Part shown: positions 9,696-19,633 of the stretch, piece after piece | Position numbering within the stretch: position 1 is the stretch's first letter | Layout: every line of letters starts with the position of its first letter | Assembly (NCBI GenBank): GCA_902492655.1 | Contig: CABUMF010000004.1 | Location: forward strand, 17,813 to 81,812 | Source: an uncultured Eubacteriales bacterium | GTDB lineage: Bacteria; Bacillota; Clostridia; HGM11514 | Length of the DNA: 64,000 nucleotides | Direction: 5' to 3' | The notes under the pieces: model-generated | Databases searched by the model: none | Seen by the model: only the letters and a program-made list of their open reading frames with translations | Told to the model about the DNA's origin: nothing | Program-made: the position numbers and the translations under genes

Positions 9696-11393
9696 TTATT
9701 CTCCGAAAACTGTGTTTGCAACCTCTCTGCTGCTCTCCAAAGAAGAACTGTAATCGCAGATAACCGTATTGTATTCATCCTGAACGGTGAAGGGATACGG
9801 AGAATTTGTGATAACGATAATGGGCTTATCTGTCTTTTCATGAAGCTCCTTAACAAACGAGTTGCCGCTTTCGGGACTTCTTCTGTCAAAGTAGTTTGTG
9901 ATAGCAATGACATCTGCCTCTTCAAGTCTTTCATAAACACGCTGACGGTCGTTATCGCTATACTTCATTGTTGTTTCAACACAGTAAACATTATCGGACT
10001 TCTTAAGCATTTCAAGCCAAGGAGTAGCCGGGTTCATTTCCTGAGTGTTAACTCTTTCATGAAGCGGATTTACCTGGTAAACAAGCAACAGCTTTTTATC
10101 CTTTGAAACAGGAAGAACATTGTTTCTGTCACGGATAACATTGATTGCGCGTTTTGCGGAAAGCTTTGCGATTTGCGCAACCTTCGGGTCATCAATACCC
10201 TCGGAAGCCTTGCTTGTATCGAGAATCTGAGGCTTATCGAAGAAACCGTAATCATACTTAACGGAAAGGGTTCTTGTAACAGCGTCATCAATTCTCTCCA
10301 TGGGAATAACTCCGCTCTTAACCGCTTCAACAACACCCGGAATAACATCGTCGATAAGACCGCCCTCGTCACGGAGAAGAACAAGGTCGCATCCTGCGTT
10401 GATAGCCATGGTGCAGGCATCCTTAACCTCAAACTTGGAGATAATGCCGCCCATCGTGATTTCATCTGTTGTAACAACGCCCTTGAAGCCGAGCTCGCCT
10501 TTGAGAATATCCGTAATGATAGGCTTTGAAAGTGTAGCCGGAAGTCCGGAATCGTCAAATTCCGGATAAGCTGTATGCGCTGTCATTATAGCAGGAAGAC
10601 CTGCATCAATCATAGCCTTAAATGGCTTTAAGTGTTCTCTTAATACGCTCTCGGGCTCGTCTATTACCGGAAGACCGTGATGTGCGTCGGTAGCGGAAGG
10701 ACCTCTTCCCGGGAAGTGCTTACCTGTTGCGATAATTCCTGCCTCTTTGAAGCCCTTAAGTGCTTCAACGGCATATTCTATAACCTCTTCGGGTGTTTCG
10801 GCGTAGCTTCTTGCACCTATTTCGGGGTTGAGAGGATTTGTGTTTACATCAAGCACGGGAGAATGAATCCACGAAATGCCCAAAGGAGCAAGCTGACGGC
10901 CGACAGCCCATGCAACATCGTGAGCCATTTTCGGATCTCCGCTGTGAGCAATACCCATGCAGCTCGGGAAAAACTTAATTCCGCCTCTGTAGTAATCCGC
11001 AGAAACATCGCCTTCAAAGTCAAAAGTAAAGTGAAGCGGAATTCCGAGCTCTCTGTCAAGAGCTGCCTGCTTCAATGTATTAATGTATTCGCAGAATTCC
11101 TCGTTGGTGAAATGAGGAACGGGGATATCCGGAAGGAAATCCTTTATTGTCCCCTTAAACGGTCTTAACATTCTGCTCGCATAATCCGTGTTTGTACCGT
11201 TGGGGTCATGCTTAACGGTTCTTATTCTCCACATAAGACCTGCTCTGATACCTGCCGGATTGTACTTTTTAATTCTTCTGATAATCTCGGGCGTAACGAT
11301 AGAGCCAACATAACCTATAACAAAGCACTGACCTACCTTTTGCTCAACGGTCATTTTTGACACGAGATCTTTAACAAATTTCTGCTTATCCAT
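9696..11393 (-). CDS. Glycoside hydrolase family 3 (beta-N-acetylhexosaminidase/beta-glucosidase-like)
   Basis: GH3 N-terminal domain motifs KHFPGRGPSATDAHHGLPVID and GFKGVVTTDEITMGGI, plus a GH3 C-terminal domain. 565 aa. Confidence 0.85.
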   Translation of the reverse strand: MDKQKFVKDLVSKMTVEQKVGQCFVIGYVGSIVTPEIIRRIKKYNPAGIRAGLMWRIRTVKHDPNGTNTDYASRMLRPFKGTIKDFLPDIPVPHFTNEEFCEYINTLKQAALDRELGIPLHFTFDFEGDVSADYYRGGIKFFPSCMGIAHSGDPKMAHDVAWAVGRQLAPLGISWIHSPVLDVNTNPLNPEIGARSYAETPEEVIEYAVEALKGFKEAGIIATGKHFPGRGPSATDAHHGLPVIDEPESVLREHLKPFKAMIDAGLPAIMTAHTAYPEFDDSGLPATLSKPIITDILKGELGFKGVVTTDEITMGGIISKFEVKDACTMAINAGCDLVLLRDEGGLIDDVIPGVVEAVKSGVIPMERIDDAVTRTLSVKYDYGFFDKPQILDTSKASEGIDDPKVAQIAKLSAKRAINVIRDRNNVLPVSKDKKLLLVYQVNPLHERVNTQEMNPATPWLEMLKKSDNVYCVETTMKYSDNDRQRVYERLEEADVIAITNYFDRRSPESGNSFVKELHEKTDKPIIVITNSPYPFTVQDEYNTVICDYSSSLESSREVANTVFGE

Positions 11394-11489
11394 ACTTTTG
11401 TAACTCCTTTAATACATAATACGCAATATAATCTAATTTACATTATATCATAAATTTTCCGATAATGCAAGTATGATATAACAAAAAAC

Positions 11490-11518
11490 TTGAAAAAAGT
11501 ATAATTATATGATATAAT
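11490..11518 (+). promoter_or_regulatory. Sigma-A type promoter (TTGAAA-17-TATAAT) for recJ
   Basis: TTGAAA at 11490-11495, 17-nt spacer, TATAAT at 11513-11518, in an AT-rich divergent intergenic region. Confidence 0.45.
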
Positions 11519-11552
11519 TATATATTATATCAAATCGGAAGGTTCATACCAT

Positions 11553-13238
11553 ATGAAAAAATGGATATATAAAGATACAAGCGAGAGCCGTGCGGTTAGG
11601 TTCGCAGAAGAAAACAAGATAGGCAGAATTTTTGCATATCTTCTTCTCAACCGTGGAATAGACAGCTATGAAAAAATAAGACAATTTGTATATACAGGAA
11701 TTGATTCGCTTTGTGACCCGTTTGAAATTCCGGGCATGGTCGCGGCTGTTAACAGAATTAAAAGGGCGGCTGAAAGAAAAGAAAAGGTTACCGTGTACGG
11801 CGACTACGATGTAGACGGAATTACCGCATCAACGCTGATTTGTAACGCTTTGTCCGAAATAGGAATAAATGCGGATATTTATATTCCCGACAGGTTAAAA
11901 GAAGGCTACGGATTAAACAGAGATGCAACGGAAAAGATATATGACAGCGGAACTACGCTTATTATTACCGTAGATACGGGAATAACGGCAGTTTCGGAGG
12001 TTGAATACGGAAATGAAAAAGGCATTGATTTTGTAATAACCGACCACCATGAGCCTCTTGAAATCATTCCTGACGCACAAGCTGTTGTCAACCCGAAGTT
12101 GGATGACGCTTCGCCATGCAAAAACCTTGCCGGCGTAGGAGTGGCGTTTAAGCTTGCGTGCGCTCTTTTGTCACAAAAGTACGAGCTTAAGGAAATCGTT
12201 TCCAGATACATTGACCTTGTGTGTCTCGGAACGGTTTCGGACATTGTTCCCCTTTACGGAGAAAACCGTTTTTATGTTAAATACGGACTTAAATATTTCA
12301 AAAAAACCAAAAATCCCGGACTTGCGGCACTGATTGGATATGCGGGGTATTCGGAGCGGGAAATTGACGAAACGGCAATAGGTTTCGGAATAAGCCCGAG
12401 GATAAATGCGGCGGGACGAATGGGAAAAGCATCCTACGCCCTGAAGCTACTGAACACAAAATCCGAAGCTGAGGCTGACGAGCTTGCAAAACACCTTTGC
12501 GATATAAACAATGAAAGAAAAACGGTGGAAAACAAAATATTTGAAAGTGCTGTCTCGATTATCGAGGCTTCGGAAAATTTTTCAGACGACAAGGTATTGG
12601 TTGTTGCCGAAAAGGGCTGGCATACAGGGGTACTCGGAATAGTTGCATCAAGGCTTCTGGAAAGGTTCGGAAAGCCTGTGATACTTATGAGTATTGACGA
12701 AAACGGAATTGCCCACGGCTCAGCAAGGAGTGTTCCGGCACTTAATATTTTCACGGTTTTGGAAAACTGCGCACAGCTTACCGAGCGTTTCGGCGGTCAC
12801 AGCATGGCGGCAGGGCTTACGATAAAGGAAGAAAATATTATTCCGCTCCGTCAAGCCGTAAACGAGGTTGCAAATGTTATGGTTTCGGACGATGAGCTTA
12901 TACCGACGCTTGAAATAGACTACGAAGCCGAGCCCTCGGAAATAACCTTAGAGCTTGCAAAAAAGCTTTCGTTTTTTGAGCCCTTCGGTGAAGGAAATCC
13001 CTGCCCCGTTTTTTCGATGAGAAATTTAACGGTCGATAAGGCTGACATAACCCGTGACGGAAAGCATTTAAGACTTAAATGCGAATGCATGGGGATATAC
13101 TTTTTTTGCATAGCATTTAACATGGGAAATATGAGCATAAAGCCCGGCGACTGTATTGATATTGCGTTCAATTTGAAAATTAACGATTACAACGGAGACT
13201 ACAATTTTATCATAAAAGACATAATAATTAACAACTAA
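11553..13238 (+). CDS. recJ: Single-stranded-DNA-specific exonuclease RecJ
   Basis: DHH family motifs (DYDVDGITAS, ITDHHEP), DHHA1 domain, OB-fold C-terminus. Confidence 0.9.
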   Translation: MKKWIYKDTSESRAVRFAEENKIGRIFAYLLLNRGIDSYEKIRQFVYTGIDSLCDPFEIPGMVAAVNRIKRAAERKEKVTVYGDYDVDGITASTLICNALSEIGINADIYIPDRLKEGYGLNRDATEKIYDSGTTLIITVDTGITAVSEVEYGNEKGIDFVITDHHEPLEIIPDAQAVVNPKLDDASPCKNLAGVGVAFKLACALLSQKYELKEIVSRYIDLVCLGTVSDIVPLYGENRFYVKYGLKYFKKTKNPGLAALIGYAGYSEREIDETAIGFGISPRINAAGRMGKASYALKLLNTKSEAEADELAKHLCDINNERKTVENKIFESAVSIIEASENFSDDKVLVVAEKGWHTGVLGIVASRLLERFGKPVILMSIDENGIAHGSARSVPALNIFTVLENCAQLTERFGGHSMAAGLTIKEENIIPLRQAVNEVANVMVSDDELIPTLEIDYEAEPSEITLELAKKLSFFEPFGEGNPCPVFSMRNLTVDKADITRDGKHLRLKCECMGIYFFCIAFNMGNMSIKPGDCIDIAFNLKINDYNGDYNFIIKDIIINN

Positions 13239-13256
13239 AAGTCAGAGGCGGTATTA

Positions 13257-15461
13257 ATGGAAAACTCAGATGTACTCACAATCGAAAAAATTAAAGAACA
13301 AATTAAGAGCTATAATTCGCAAGCGGATCTCGGAGCTATTGACAAAGCTTTTGAATTTGCAAGCAAAGCACACGATCAGCAAAAAAGGCTCTCCGGAGAA
13401 CCGTATATAATTCATCCCCTTTCGGTTGCGCAAATCTTAGCCGAAATGGAAATGGACAACGATACGATTATTGCGGCGCTTCTTCACGATGTTGTGGAGG
13501 ACACAAGCGTTACCACGGAGGAGCTGACCGAACAGTTCGGAAATTCCGTTGCAGAGCTCGTGGACGGCGTAACAAAGCTCGGTAAAATACCCTATTCGTC
13601 AAAGGAAGAACAGCAGGTTGAAAACCTCAGGAAAATGTTCATGGCGATGGCAAAGGACATCCGTGTTATCCTCATAAAGCTTGCGGACCGTCTGCACAAT
13701 ATGAGAACATTGAAATATCAGCCTGCCGAAAAGCAGCGTCAGAAGTCGCTGGAAACAATGGAAATATATGCTCCTTTGGCGCACCGTCTCGGTATCTCAA
13801 AAATCAAGTGGGAACTTGAGGATTTATCCCTTCGTTATCTTGACCCGGTTGCTTATAATGACCTTGTTTCAAAAATAAGCCAAAAGCGTGCTGAACGTGA
13901 GGAATATGTTGAGGAAATCAAAAAAACCCTCAGTGACAAAATAAAAGAATCGAATTTGAATTTCTATATAGAGGGCAGAGTTAAGCATTTTTACAGCATT
14001 TATAAAAAGATGTATTCGCAGAACAAAACCCTTGACGAAATATATGACCTGTTTGCCGTAAGGGTTATAGTGGATACAGTCGCAGACTGCTACAATGTTC
14101 TCGGAATAGTGCATGATTTATATAAGCCCATGCCCGGCAGATTCAAAGACTACATTGCAATGCCGAAGCCGAATATGTATCAGTCGCTTCATTCGACGGT
14201 TATCGGAAATAACGGTCAGCCCTTTGAAATTCAGATAAGAACATGGGAAATGCACAGAACCTCCGAATACGGTGTTGCCGCACACTGGAAATACAAGGAA
14301 GGCAAGTCGGCAATATCGGATTTTGACGAAAAAATGGGTTGGATTCGTCAGCTTATGGAAATCCAGAAGGATATGGTTGATGCCGAAGATTTTATGCAGT
14401 CACTAAAAATCGACCTGTTTTCGGATGAAGTGTTTGTATTCACGCCGAAAGGCGATGTAATCAATCTCCCGTCGGGGTCAACGCCCATTGACTTTGCTTT
14501 TGCAATTCACTCGGCAATCGGTTCAAAAATGCTGGGCGCAAAAATCAACGGCAAAATAGTTCCCTTGGAATATAAGCTTCAAAACGGTGATATTGTCGAT
14601 ATTATAACCTCATCGGCAAGCACAGGGCCGAGCCGTGACTGGCTTAAAATCGCAAAAACCTCTCAGGCTCGAAACAAGATAAATCAATGGTTTAAAAAGC
14701 AAAATCGAGAGGAAAACGTTCAGAGAGGAAAGGAAGCTCTCGACAAAGAGCTGAGAAAGGCTGAGCTTGATTACGAAAAAGCACTTTCTCACGAGATTAT
14801 CGACGGTATTTTGAAAAAATACAGCTATAAATCACTTGAGGATTTGTATGCAAGCATAGGCTACGGCGGCATTACGCTTTCAAGAGTTATAGCAAAAATC
14901 AAAGACCAGTATCATAAAATGTTCCCCGAAACGGTTGAGAAAGTTGACATAGACTCTGTTTTGACGCACTCTACCAAAAGCTCACCGTCAAACGGAGTAA
15001 TTGTTAAGGATATTGATAATTGCCTTGTGAGATTTGCAAGGTGCTGTAACCCTATCCCGGGTGACGATATAATCGGGTATATAACGCGCGGCAGAGGGGT
15101 TTCGGTGCACAGAACCGATTGCCCGAATATCATTGCGGCAAAGTCGAACACAAAAGAATTTGCAAGGCTTATCGAGGCAGTCTGGGCAAACGAAAACCCG
15201 AATAAAAAGGAACGCTATGTTGCGGGAATTATCTATACCGCATACGATAACTCCTCCATTTTAAGCTCAATCGCAGGAATCTTATCCGAATACAACCTTT
15301 CCACAAGAAGCTTTAATGCCAGGGTAACTCCTGACGGCTTGGCTATTGTTGAACTTGAAATCGAGATTGCAAACAAACAGCAGCTTGACAATATTATTAC
15401 GAAGTTTAGAACAATCAAGGATACAATAGAGGTCAAGCGTTCATCCACAAAGAAAATCTGA
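13257..15461 (+). CDS. relA: Bifunctional (p)ppGpp synthetase/hydrolase Rel
   Basis: HD hydrolase domain (HPLSVA...LLHDVVEDT), RelA/SpoT synthetase domain, TGS and ACT C-terminal domains. 734 aa. Confidence 0.95.
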   Translation: MENSDVLTIEKIKEQIKSYNSQADLGAIDKAFEFASKAHDQQKRLSGEPYIIHPLSVAQILAEMEMDNDTIIAALLHDVVEDTSVTTEELTEQFGNSVAELVDGVTKLGKIPYSSKEEQQVENLRKMFMAMAKDIRVILIKLADRLHNMRTLKYQPAEKQRQKSLETMEIYAPLAHRLGISKIKWELEDLSLRYLDPVAYNDLVSKISQKRAEREEYVEEIKKTLSDKIKESNLNFYIEGRVKHFYSIYKKMYSQNKTLDEIYDLFAVRVIVDTVADCYNVLGIVHDLYKPMPGRFKDYIAMPKPNMYQSLHSTVIGNNGQPFEIQIRTWEMHRTSEYGVAAHWKYKEGKSAISDFDEKMGWIRQLMEIQKDMVDAEDFMQSLKIDLFSDEVFVFTPKGDVINLPSGSTPIDFAFAIHSAIGSKMLGAKINGKIVPLEYKLQNGDIVDIITSSASTGPSRDWLKIAKTSQARNKINQWFKKQNREENVQRGKEALDKELRKAELDYEKALSHEIIDGILKKYSYKSLEDLYASIGYGGITLSRVIAKIKDQYHKMFPETVEKVDIDSVLTHSTKSSPSNGVIVKDIDNCLVRFARCCNPIPGDDIIGYITRGRGVSVHRTDCPNIIAAKSNTKEFARLIEAVWANENPNKKERYVAGIIYTAYDNSSILSSIAGILSEYNLSTRSFNARVTPDGLAIVELEIEIANKQQLDNIITKFRTIKDTIEVKRSSTKKI

Positions 15462-15471
15462 GGTGTGAATA

Positions 15472-16074
15472 ATGGAAATTAAAAAAATAACGGTAGGCCC
15501 TTTAGGAACGAATTGCTACATTGTTTCATCGGAAAAAGAAGGCGTAATTATAGACCCGGGCGATGTTCCGAAAAAGATTTTGGAAAATGTCGGGGATATA
15601 AAGATAAAGTATGTGGTTTTGACTCACAATCATTTTGACCATGTCGGCGGAGTTGACATGGTATGCGAAAAGCTCGGCGCAAAGCTCATGCTTCATAAGG
15701 ACGATACGGAGCTTTACTGCAATGTGCCGGAAATGTTCCACTTTTCATCAAAGCCCGTCAAAAAAATTGATATTGAGCTGTCCGACGGCGATGAGATAAA
15801 ATTCGGCAGCGAAAGTCTTAAGGTTATGCACACGCCGGGGCACACAACAGGCTCTGTCACGCTTATCGGAGGAAAGCACGCATTTTGCGGTGATACCGTT
15901 TTTTACGAAAGCATCGGAAGGTCGGATTTCCCCGGAGGAGATTTCACAGCCATTCTTGATTCTCTCAAAAAAATACTCGAGCTGCCGGGAGATACGGTTT
16001 TATATCCCGGTCACGGCGAAAACACAACGGTAGAGCATGAAAAGCAACACAATCCTTTTGCAGGAATGATATAA
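15472..16074 (+). CDS. MBL-fold metallo-hydrolase (hydroxyacylglutathione hydrolase-like)
   Basis: THNHFDHVGG (HxHxDH) zinc motif. 200 aa. Confidence 0.85.
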   Translation: MEIKKITVGPLGTNCYIVSSEKEGVIIDPGDVPKKILENVGDIKIKYVVLTHNHFDHVGGVDMVCEKLGAKLMLHKDDTELYCNVPEMFHFSSKPVKKIDIELSDGDEIKFGSESLKVMHTPGHTTGSVTLIGGKHAFCGDTVFYESIGRSDFPGGDFTAILDSLKKILELPGDTVLYPGHGENTTVEHEKQHNPFAGMI

Positions 16075-16075
16075 T

Positions 16076-17257
16076 ATGGAAAACACGAAATTACCATGGG
16101 GAAGGCTTACTGGAATCCGTCCCGCAAAAATTGCAAGAAAGCTGTTTGAAAAGGGGCTTGACGAAGCTTCGGTAAAAGAAAAATTTCTAAGCTTCTACGG
16201 TGCCGACGATTACAGAAGTACCCTCGCCGCGCGCATTGCAAAGCACGAACTTGAGCTTATGGAAGGAATGTTTGAGGACGGAATAAGCCTTTATGTAGGC
16301 ATACCCTTTTGTCCGTCAAGATGCGCATACTGTTCGTTTATTTCATTTTCAGTCGAGAAAACAGCGGAGCTTATGGAGCCGTATCTTCACGCACTTCAAA
16401 AGGAAATAGAATACTGTTCCGATTTTGTAAAAAAATACGGAAAGAGAATTGAAACCGTTTACATCGGCGGAGGAACGCCCACAACGCTTTCTGAAAATCA
16501 GCTTGATTTTTTATTGAAGTCGCTTCGCAAAAGCTTTGATTTATCAGAAATCAAGGAGTTTTCCGTTGAAGCGGGAAGACCGGATACTATCACTCCCGAA
16601 AAGCTTTTTGTCATGAAGGAAAACGGCGTTACAAGGATAAGTCTCAACCCTCAAAGCACTAACCCCGCCGTTTTGAAAACAATAGGCAGAAGGCACACAA
16701 CGGAGCAGTTTTATGAAGCATTCCGCATGGCTCGAAGTGCCGGGTTTAATAACATAAACACCGACATTATCGCAGGACTTCCCGGGGAAAGCGTCCAATC
16801 CTTCAAAAACACTGTCGATACGGTCATAGCTCTCAATCCGGAAGAAATAACCGTACATACGATGTCTCTTAAACGGGCGTCGGTTATAAATCAGAATATT
16901 GACGGTTACAAGCTTACAAGCGGAGGAGAGGTCGGTCAGATGCTTTCATATGCCGCCGAAAGGCTTGACAAATTCGGATTTTTGCCGTATTATATGTATA
17001 GACAGAGAAATATTCTCGGAGGCTATGAGAACACGGGGTTTGCAAAACCGGGGTTTGAATGTCTTTATAATGTCTATATTATGGAGGAGGTTCAGTCGAT
17101 ACTTGCACTGGGCGCCGGAGCTTCAACAAAGATTATTCTACCGGACGATATTGAGAGAATATTCAATGTCAAAGAGCCTACCGAATACATCGGCAGGATT
17201 GATGAAATGATAGAAAGAAAATTTAAGGAGGAAAATTTATGGATTACGAAACCTTAA
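16076..17257 (+). CDS. Radical SAM protein, HemN/HemW (coproporphyrinogen-III oxidase-like) family
   Basis: CxxxCxxC motif in GIPFCPSRCAYCSF, glycine-rich SAM-binding segment (YIGGGTPT), HemN C-terminal region. ~70-aa N-terminal extension. Confidence 0.8.
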   Translation: MENTKLPWGRLTGIRPAKIARKLFEKGLDEASVKEKFLSFYGADDYRSTLAARIAKHELELMEGMFEDGISLYVGIPFCPSRCAYCSFISFSVEKTAELMEPYLHALQKEIEYCSDFVKKYGKRIETVYIGGGTPTTLSENQLDFLLKSLRKSFDLSEIKEFSVEAGRPDTITPEKLFVMKENGVTRISLNPQSTNPAVLKTIGRRHTTEQFYEAFRMARSAGFNNINTDIIAGLPGESVQSFKNTVDTVIALNPEEITVHTMSLKRASVINQNIDGYKLTSGGEVGQMLSYAAERLDKFGFLPYYMYRQRNILGGYENTGFAKPGFECLYNVYIMEEVQSILALGAGASTKIILPDDIERIFNVKEPTEYIGRIDEMIERKFKEENLWITKP

Positions 17258-17592
17258 AACACACAGTTCACAAAACCGCAAGAGGTGTTAAAAGGGCGTC
17301 CGAGAACCTTTACGAATCCTCAAAGCTTTCCGTAAAAATCTCAAAAAAGGAGGCTTCCGTTGAGGATAAATTCCTTTTGATAGGCGAGCTTGTCTATAAT
17401 TCCTATGCAAAGGGCGAGCCCTCGGGAGAAAAGGTCAGCGAGCTTTGCGAACAGATTTCCGAGGATTTTGCCGAAATCAACAGGATGAAAAAGAAAAGGG
17501 ATATAATAAAGTCCGGCAGAAAATGCGAAGTATGCGGCTGCCCCGTAGCTCCCGATGCCGAAGCCTGCCCGAACTGCGGCTGTGAATTATGA
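17239..17592 (+). CDS. Hypothetical zinc-ribbon protein
   Basis: C-terminal CEVCGCPV...CPNCGC four-Cys ribbon. Overlaps the upstream radical SAM stop by 19 nt, so it is in that operon. Confidence 0.5.
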   Translation: MDYETLKHTVHKTARGVKRASENLYESSKLSVKISKKEASVEDKFLLIGELVYNSYAKGEPSGEKVSELCEQISEDFAEINRMKKKRDIIKSGRKCEVCGCPVAPDAEACPNCGCEL

Positions 17593-17905
17593 TGAAAATG
17601 CAAAAGCCGCCTATGCCTCGTGCATAGGCTCTTTGGCTGTGCTTAAAAGCAAATATCCAAAATATATTGTAGTCGAAAAAGAAAAACTGCCCGTTACATA
17701 TGACGGCAAGCTTTGCCGATGCAAAGAATTTACCGCATATGCGGAAGCTTCGGATAGCGGAGTATCTGTAATTTCGGATGCTTTTGTGCGTAATATGCTT
17801 TTTGAAAACGATAAGCTTATGGCAAAGCTTTTATCTGCCGCGGCGGTTATTTCAAAGGATTTTGACGGTATCAATATATATTTACAGAAGGAAGAACTGC
17901 AATGA
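17555..17905 (+). CDS. Hypothetical protein (start uncertain)
   Basis: ORF overlaps the preceding gene by 38 nt and ends in an ATGA overlap with the PHP gene. No recognisable motif. It could be the C-terminal part of a frameshifted upstream gene. Confidence 0.35.
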   Translation: MPKPARTAAVNYDENAKAAYASCIGSLAVLKSKYPKYIVVEKEKLPVTYDGKLCRCKEFTAYAEASDSGVSVISDAFVRNMLFENDKLMAKLLSAAAVISKDFDGINIYLQKEELQ

Positions 17906-18834
17906 AACGATATTTTCTGCCCGAGGGCTGTAATCTTTACAGAGCCAATCTTCATGCTCACTCAAGTAATTCCGACGGTGCATATACTCCGTCCGAGCTG
18001 AAAGAAGCGTACAAGTCGCACGGCTACAGCATACTTTCGATAACCGACCATTTTAAGCTTCGGGATTATTCCGAGCTTTCCGATGACGGCTTTTTGATGC
18101 TGAGCGGTTGCGAAATTGCGATTTTGCAGTCCGGTGATTTTGAAACCAAATACAAAAAGGTGTGCCACTTAAACCTTTACCCGAAGCGTCCCGATGCCAA
18201 GCTTTTTGATTTTGACACCGAGTATTCCGCCGAAGGTATAAACCGTATAATAGAAAAGGCTCGGGATAACGGATTTTTTACGGTATATAATCATCCGGCG
18301 TGGTCTATGGAGGAGCACTACCTTGATTACAACGGACTTACCGGCATGGAAATTTACAATGCTTCAACCGCTTCCATGGGGCACGATGAGCACAACGGCA
18401 GGATTTTTGACGAGTTTTTAAGGAACGGAAAACAGCTTCTCTGCTTTGCAAATGACGATTGCCACAACGCTCTTCCGGAAAATCATCCATATGCCGATAT
18501 GTTTTCGGGATTTAATATGATTGCATCACCCGACCTTTCATATGAAAGCGTGATTAACGCAATCGAAAACGGGCATTTCTATGCTTCGGAAGGCCCTGAA
18601 ATATATGAGCTTTTTGAGGAAAACGGAACGGTTTATATAAAAACCTCTCCCGTAAAGGAAATTACGCTGATAACAGGCACAAGAAGGCGCGCAAGAACCG
18701 CCGTTTCCAAAAACTCAAGAGAATATTTAACCGAAACGCAGTTTTCTGTTGACCCTTCGGATAAGTATTTCAGAATAGAAATAAAGTGTAAATACGGGAA
18801 TAAAGCATACACACAGTGCTATTTTACAGATTGA
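17902..18834 (+). CDS. PHP-domain (polymerase/histidinol-phosphatase-like) metal-dependent phosphoesterase
   Basis: N-terminal LHAHSSNSDG and ITDHF motifs typical of PHP/CehA-type domains. Confidence 0.75.
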   Translation: MKRYFLPEGCNLYRANLHAHSSNSDGAYTPSELKEAYKSHGYSILSITDHFKLRDYSELSDDGFLMLSGCEIAILQSGDFETKYKKVCHLNLYPKRPDAKLFDFDTEYSAEGINRIIEKARDNGFFTVYNHPAWSMEEHYLDYNGLTGMEIYNASTASMGHDEHNGRIFDEFLRNGKQLLCFANDDCHNALPENHPYADMFSGFNMIASPDLSYESVINAIENGHFYASEGPEIYELFEENGTVYIKTSPVKEITLITGTRRRARTAVSKNSREYLTETQFSVDPSDKYFRIEIKCKYGNKAYTQCYFTD

Positions 18835-18900
18835 TATTAACACCTTCGGAATTTGTTTCATATAATAACTGAGAAAAACAAATTCGGGAGGTTTTATTTT

Positions 18901-19110
18901 TTGGCTGATAAATGTAATAACGGCAACAACAATCAGAATGAAAACTGCAACATGATTCCCTTTGTGGTGTACGGCTATCCCATGTACGGTTACTGCGGAG
19001 GACATATGATGCAGCCCGGCAATATGTGCGGAAACTTCATGAACCCCATGTACTTCACTCCGTATAACCGTCCGGGATGTATGCCATCCGACCTTGAATG
19101 TGGCAAATAG
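18901..19110 (+). CDS. Small Cys/Met/Tyr/Pro/Gly/Asn-rich protein (69 aa), function unknown
   Basis: TTG start at 18901 with strong SD GGGAGG 9 nt upstream; the track start at 18853 lacks an SD. Low-complexity sequence ADKCNNGNNNQNENCNMIPFVVYGYPMYGYCGGHMMQPGNMCGNFMNPMYFTPYNRPGCMPSDLECGK, followed by a strong terminator. Confidence 0.4.
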   Translation: MADKCNNGNNNQNENCNMIPFVVYGYPMYGYCGGHMMQPGNMCGNFMNPMYFTPYNRPGCMPSDLECGK

Positions 19111-19116
19111 CGGACA

Positions 19117-19148
19117 AAACGCCCGAAATCAGCTGATTTCGGGCGTTT
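19117..19148. terminator. Bidirectional rho-independent terminator
   Basis: AAACGCCCGAAATC-AGCT-GATTTCGGGCGTTT hairpin (14 bp) with T-runs. Lies between the convergent small-peptide gene and the Asp23 gene. Confidence 0.7.
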
Positions 19149-19154
19149 ATGATT

Positions 19155-19571
19155 TTATTCTTTAACTTCTTCATCCTCCGGAATGACCTCCGGCGGCTCG
19201 ACAATGTCTTCATCCAAAGCAGGATCTTCCTTTGCAATCTTTATCCCCTGAACATGAACATTCACCGCTTCTGCGCTTAAATTTGTCATTTCCTCTATTG
19301 CGGTTTTTACCTTTAACTGAACCTCACCGGCAACCTCGTTGATTTTAACTCCGTAATTAACGATGATAAAAATATCAACCTTAACCGTACCGTCAGCGGC
19401 TTCAATCTTAACACCCTTTGACGGAACCTTCTTGCCGATAAACTCATATATTTCTCCGGCAATACCGGTACTCATACCGGCAACGCCTTCAATTTCTCTT
19501 GCTGTAATACTTGCAATGGTAGCAACGACATCGTCAGAAATTTTAATGCAACCCTTGATTTCTTCGCTCAT
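19155..19571 (-). CDS. Asp23/Gls24-family envelope stress protein
   Basis: Asp23-family core with acidic C-terminal tail. Start MSEEIKG at 19571 with GGAGGTG upstream. It sits directly downstream of spoIIIAH, as yqhY does in B. subtilis. Confidence 0.85.
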   Translation of the reverse strand: MSEEIKGCIKISDDVVATIASITAREIEGVAGMSTGIAGEIYEFIGKKVPSKGVKIEAADGTVKVDIFIIVNYGVKINEVAGEVQLKVKTAIEEMTNLSAEAVNVHVQGIKIAKEDPALDEDIVEPPEVIPEDEEVKE

Positions 19572-19633
19572 CGGGCACACCTCCGTATATCATTTATTAC
19601 TGTAATTATATCACAAAATTTTCAACTTGTAAA

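Noticed and set aside
18853-18900. Upstream TTG start for the small Cys/Met-rich ORF
   Set aside because: No SD precedes it, whereas the in-frame TTG at 18901 has GGGAGG at ideal spacing. The N-terminal 16 aa of the track ORF are therefore probably untranslated leader.
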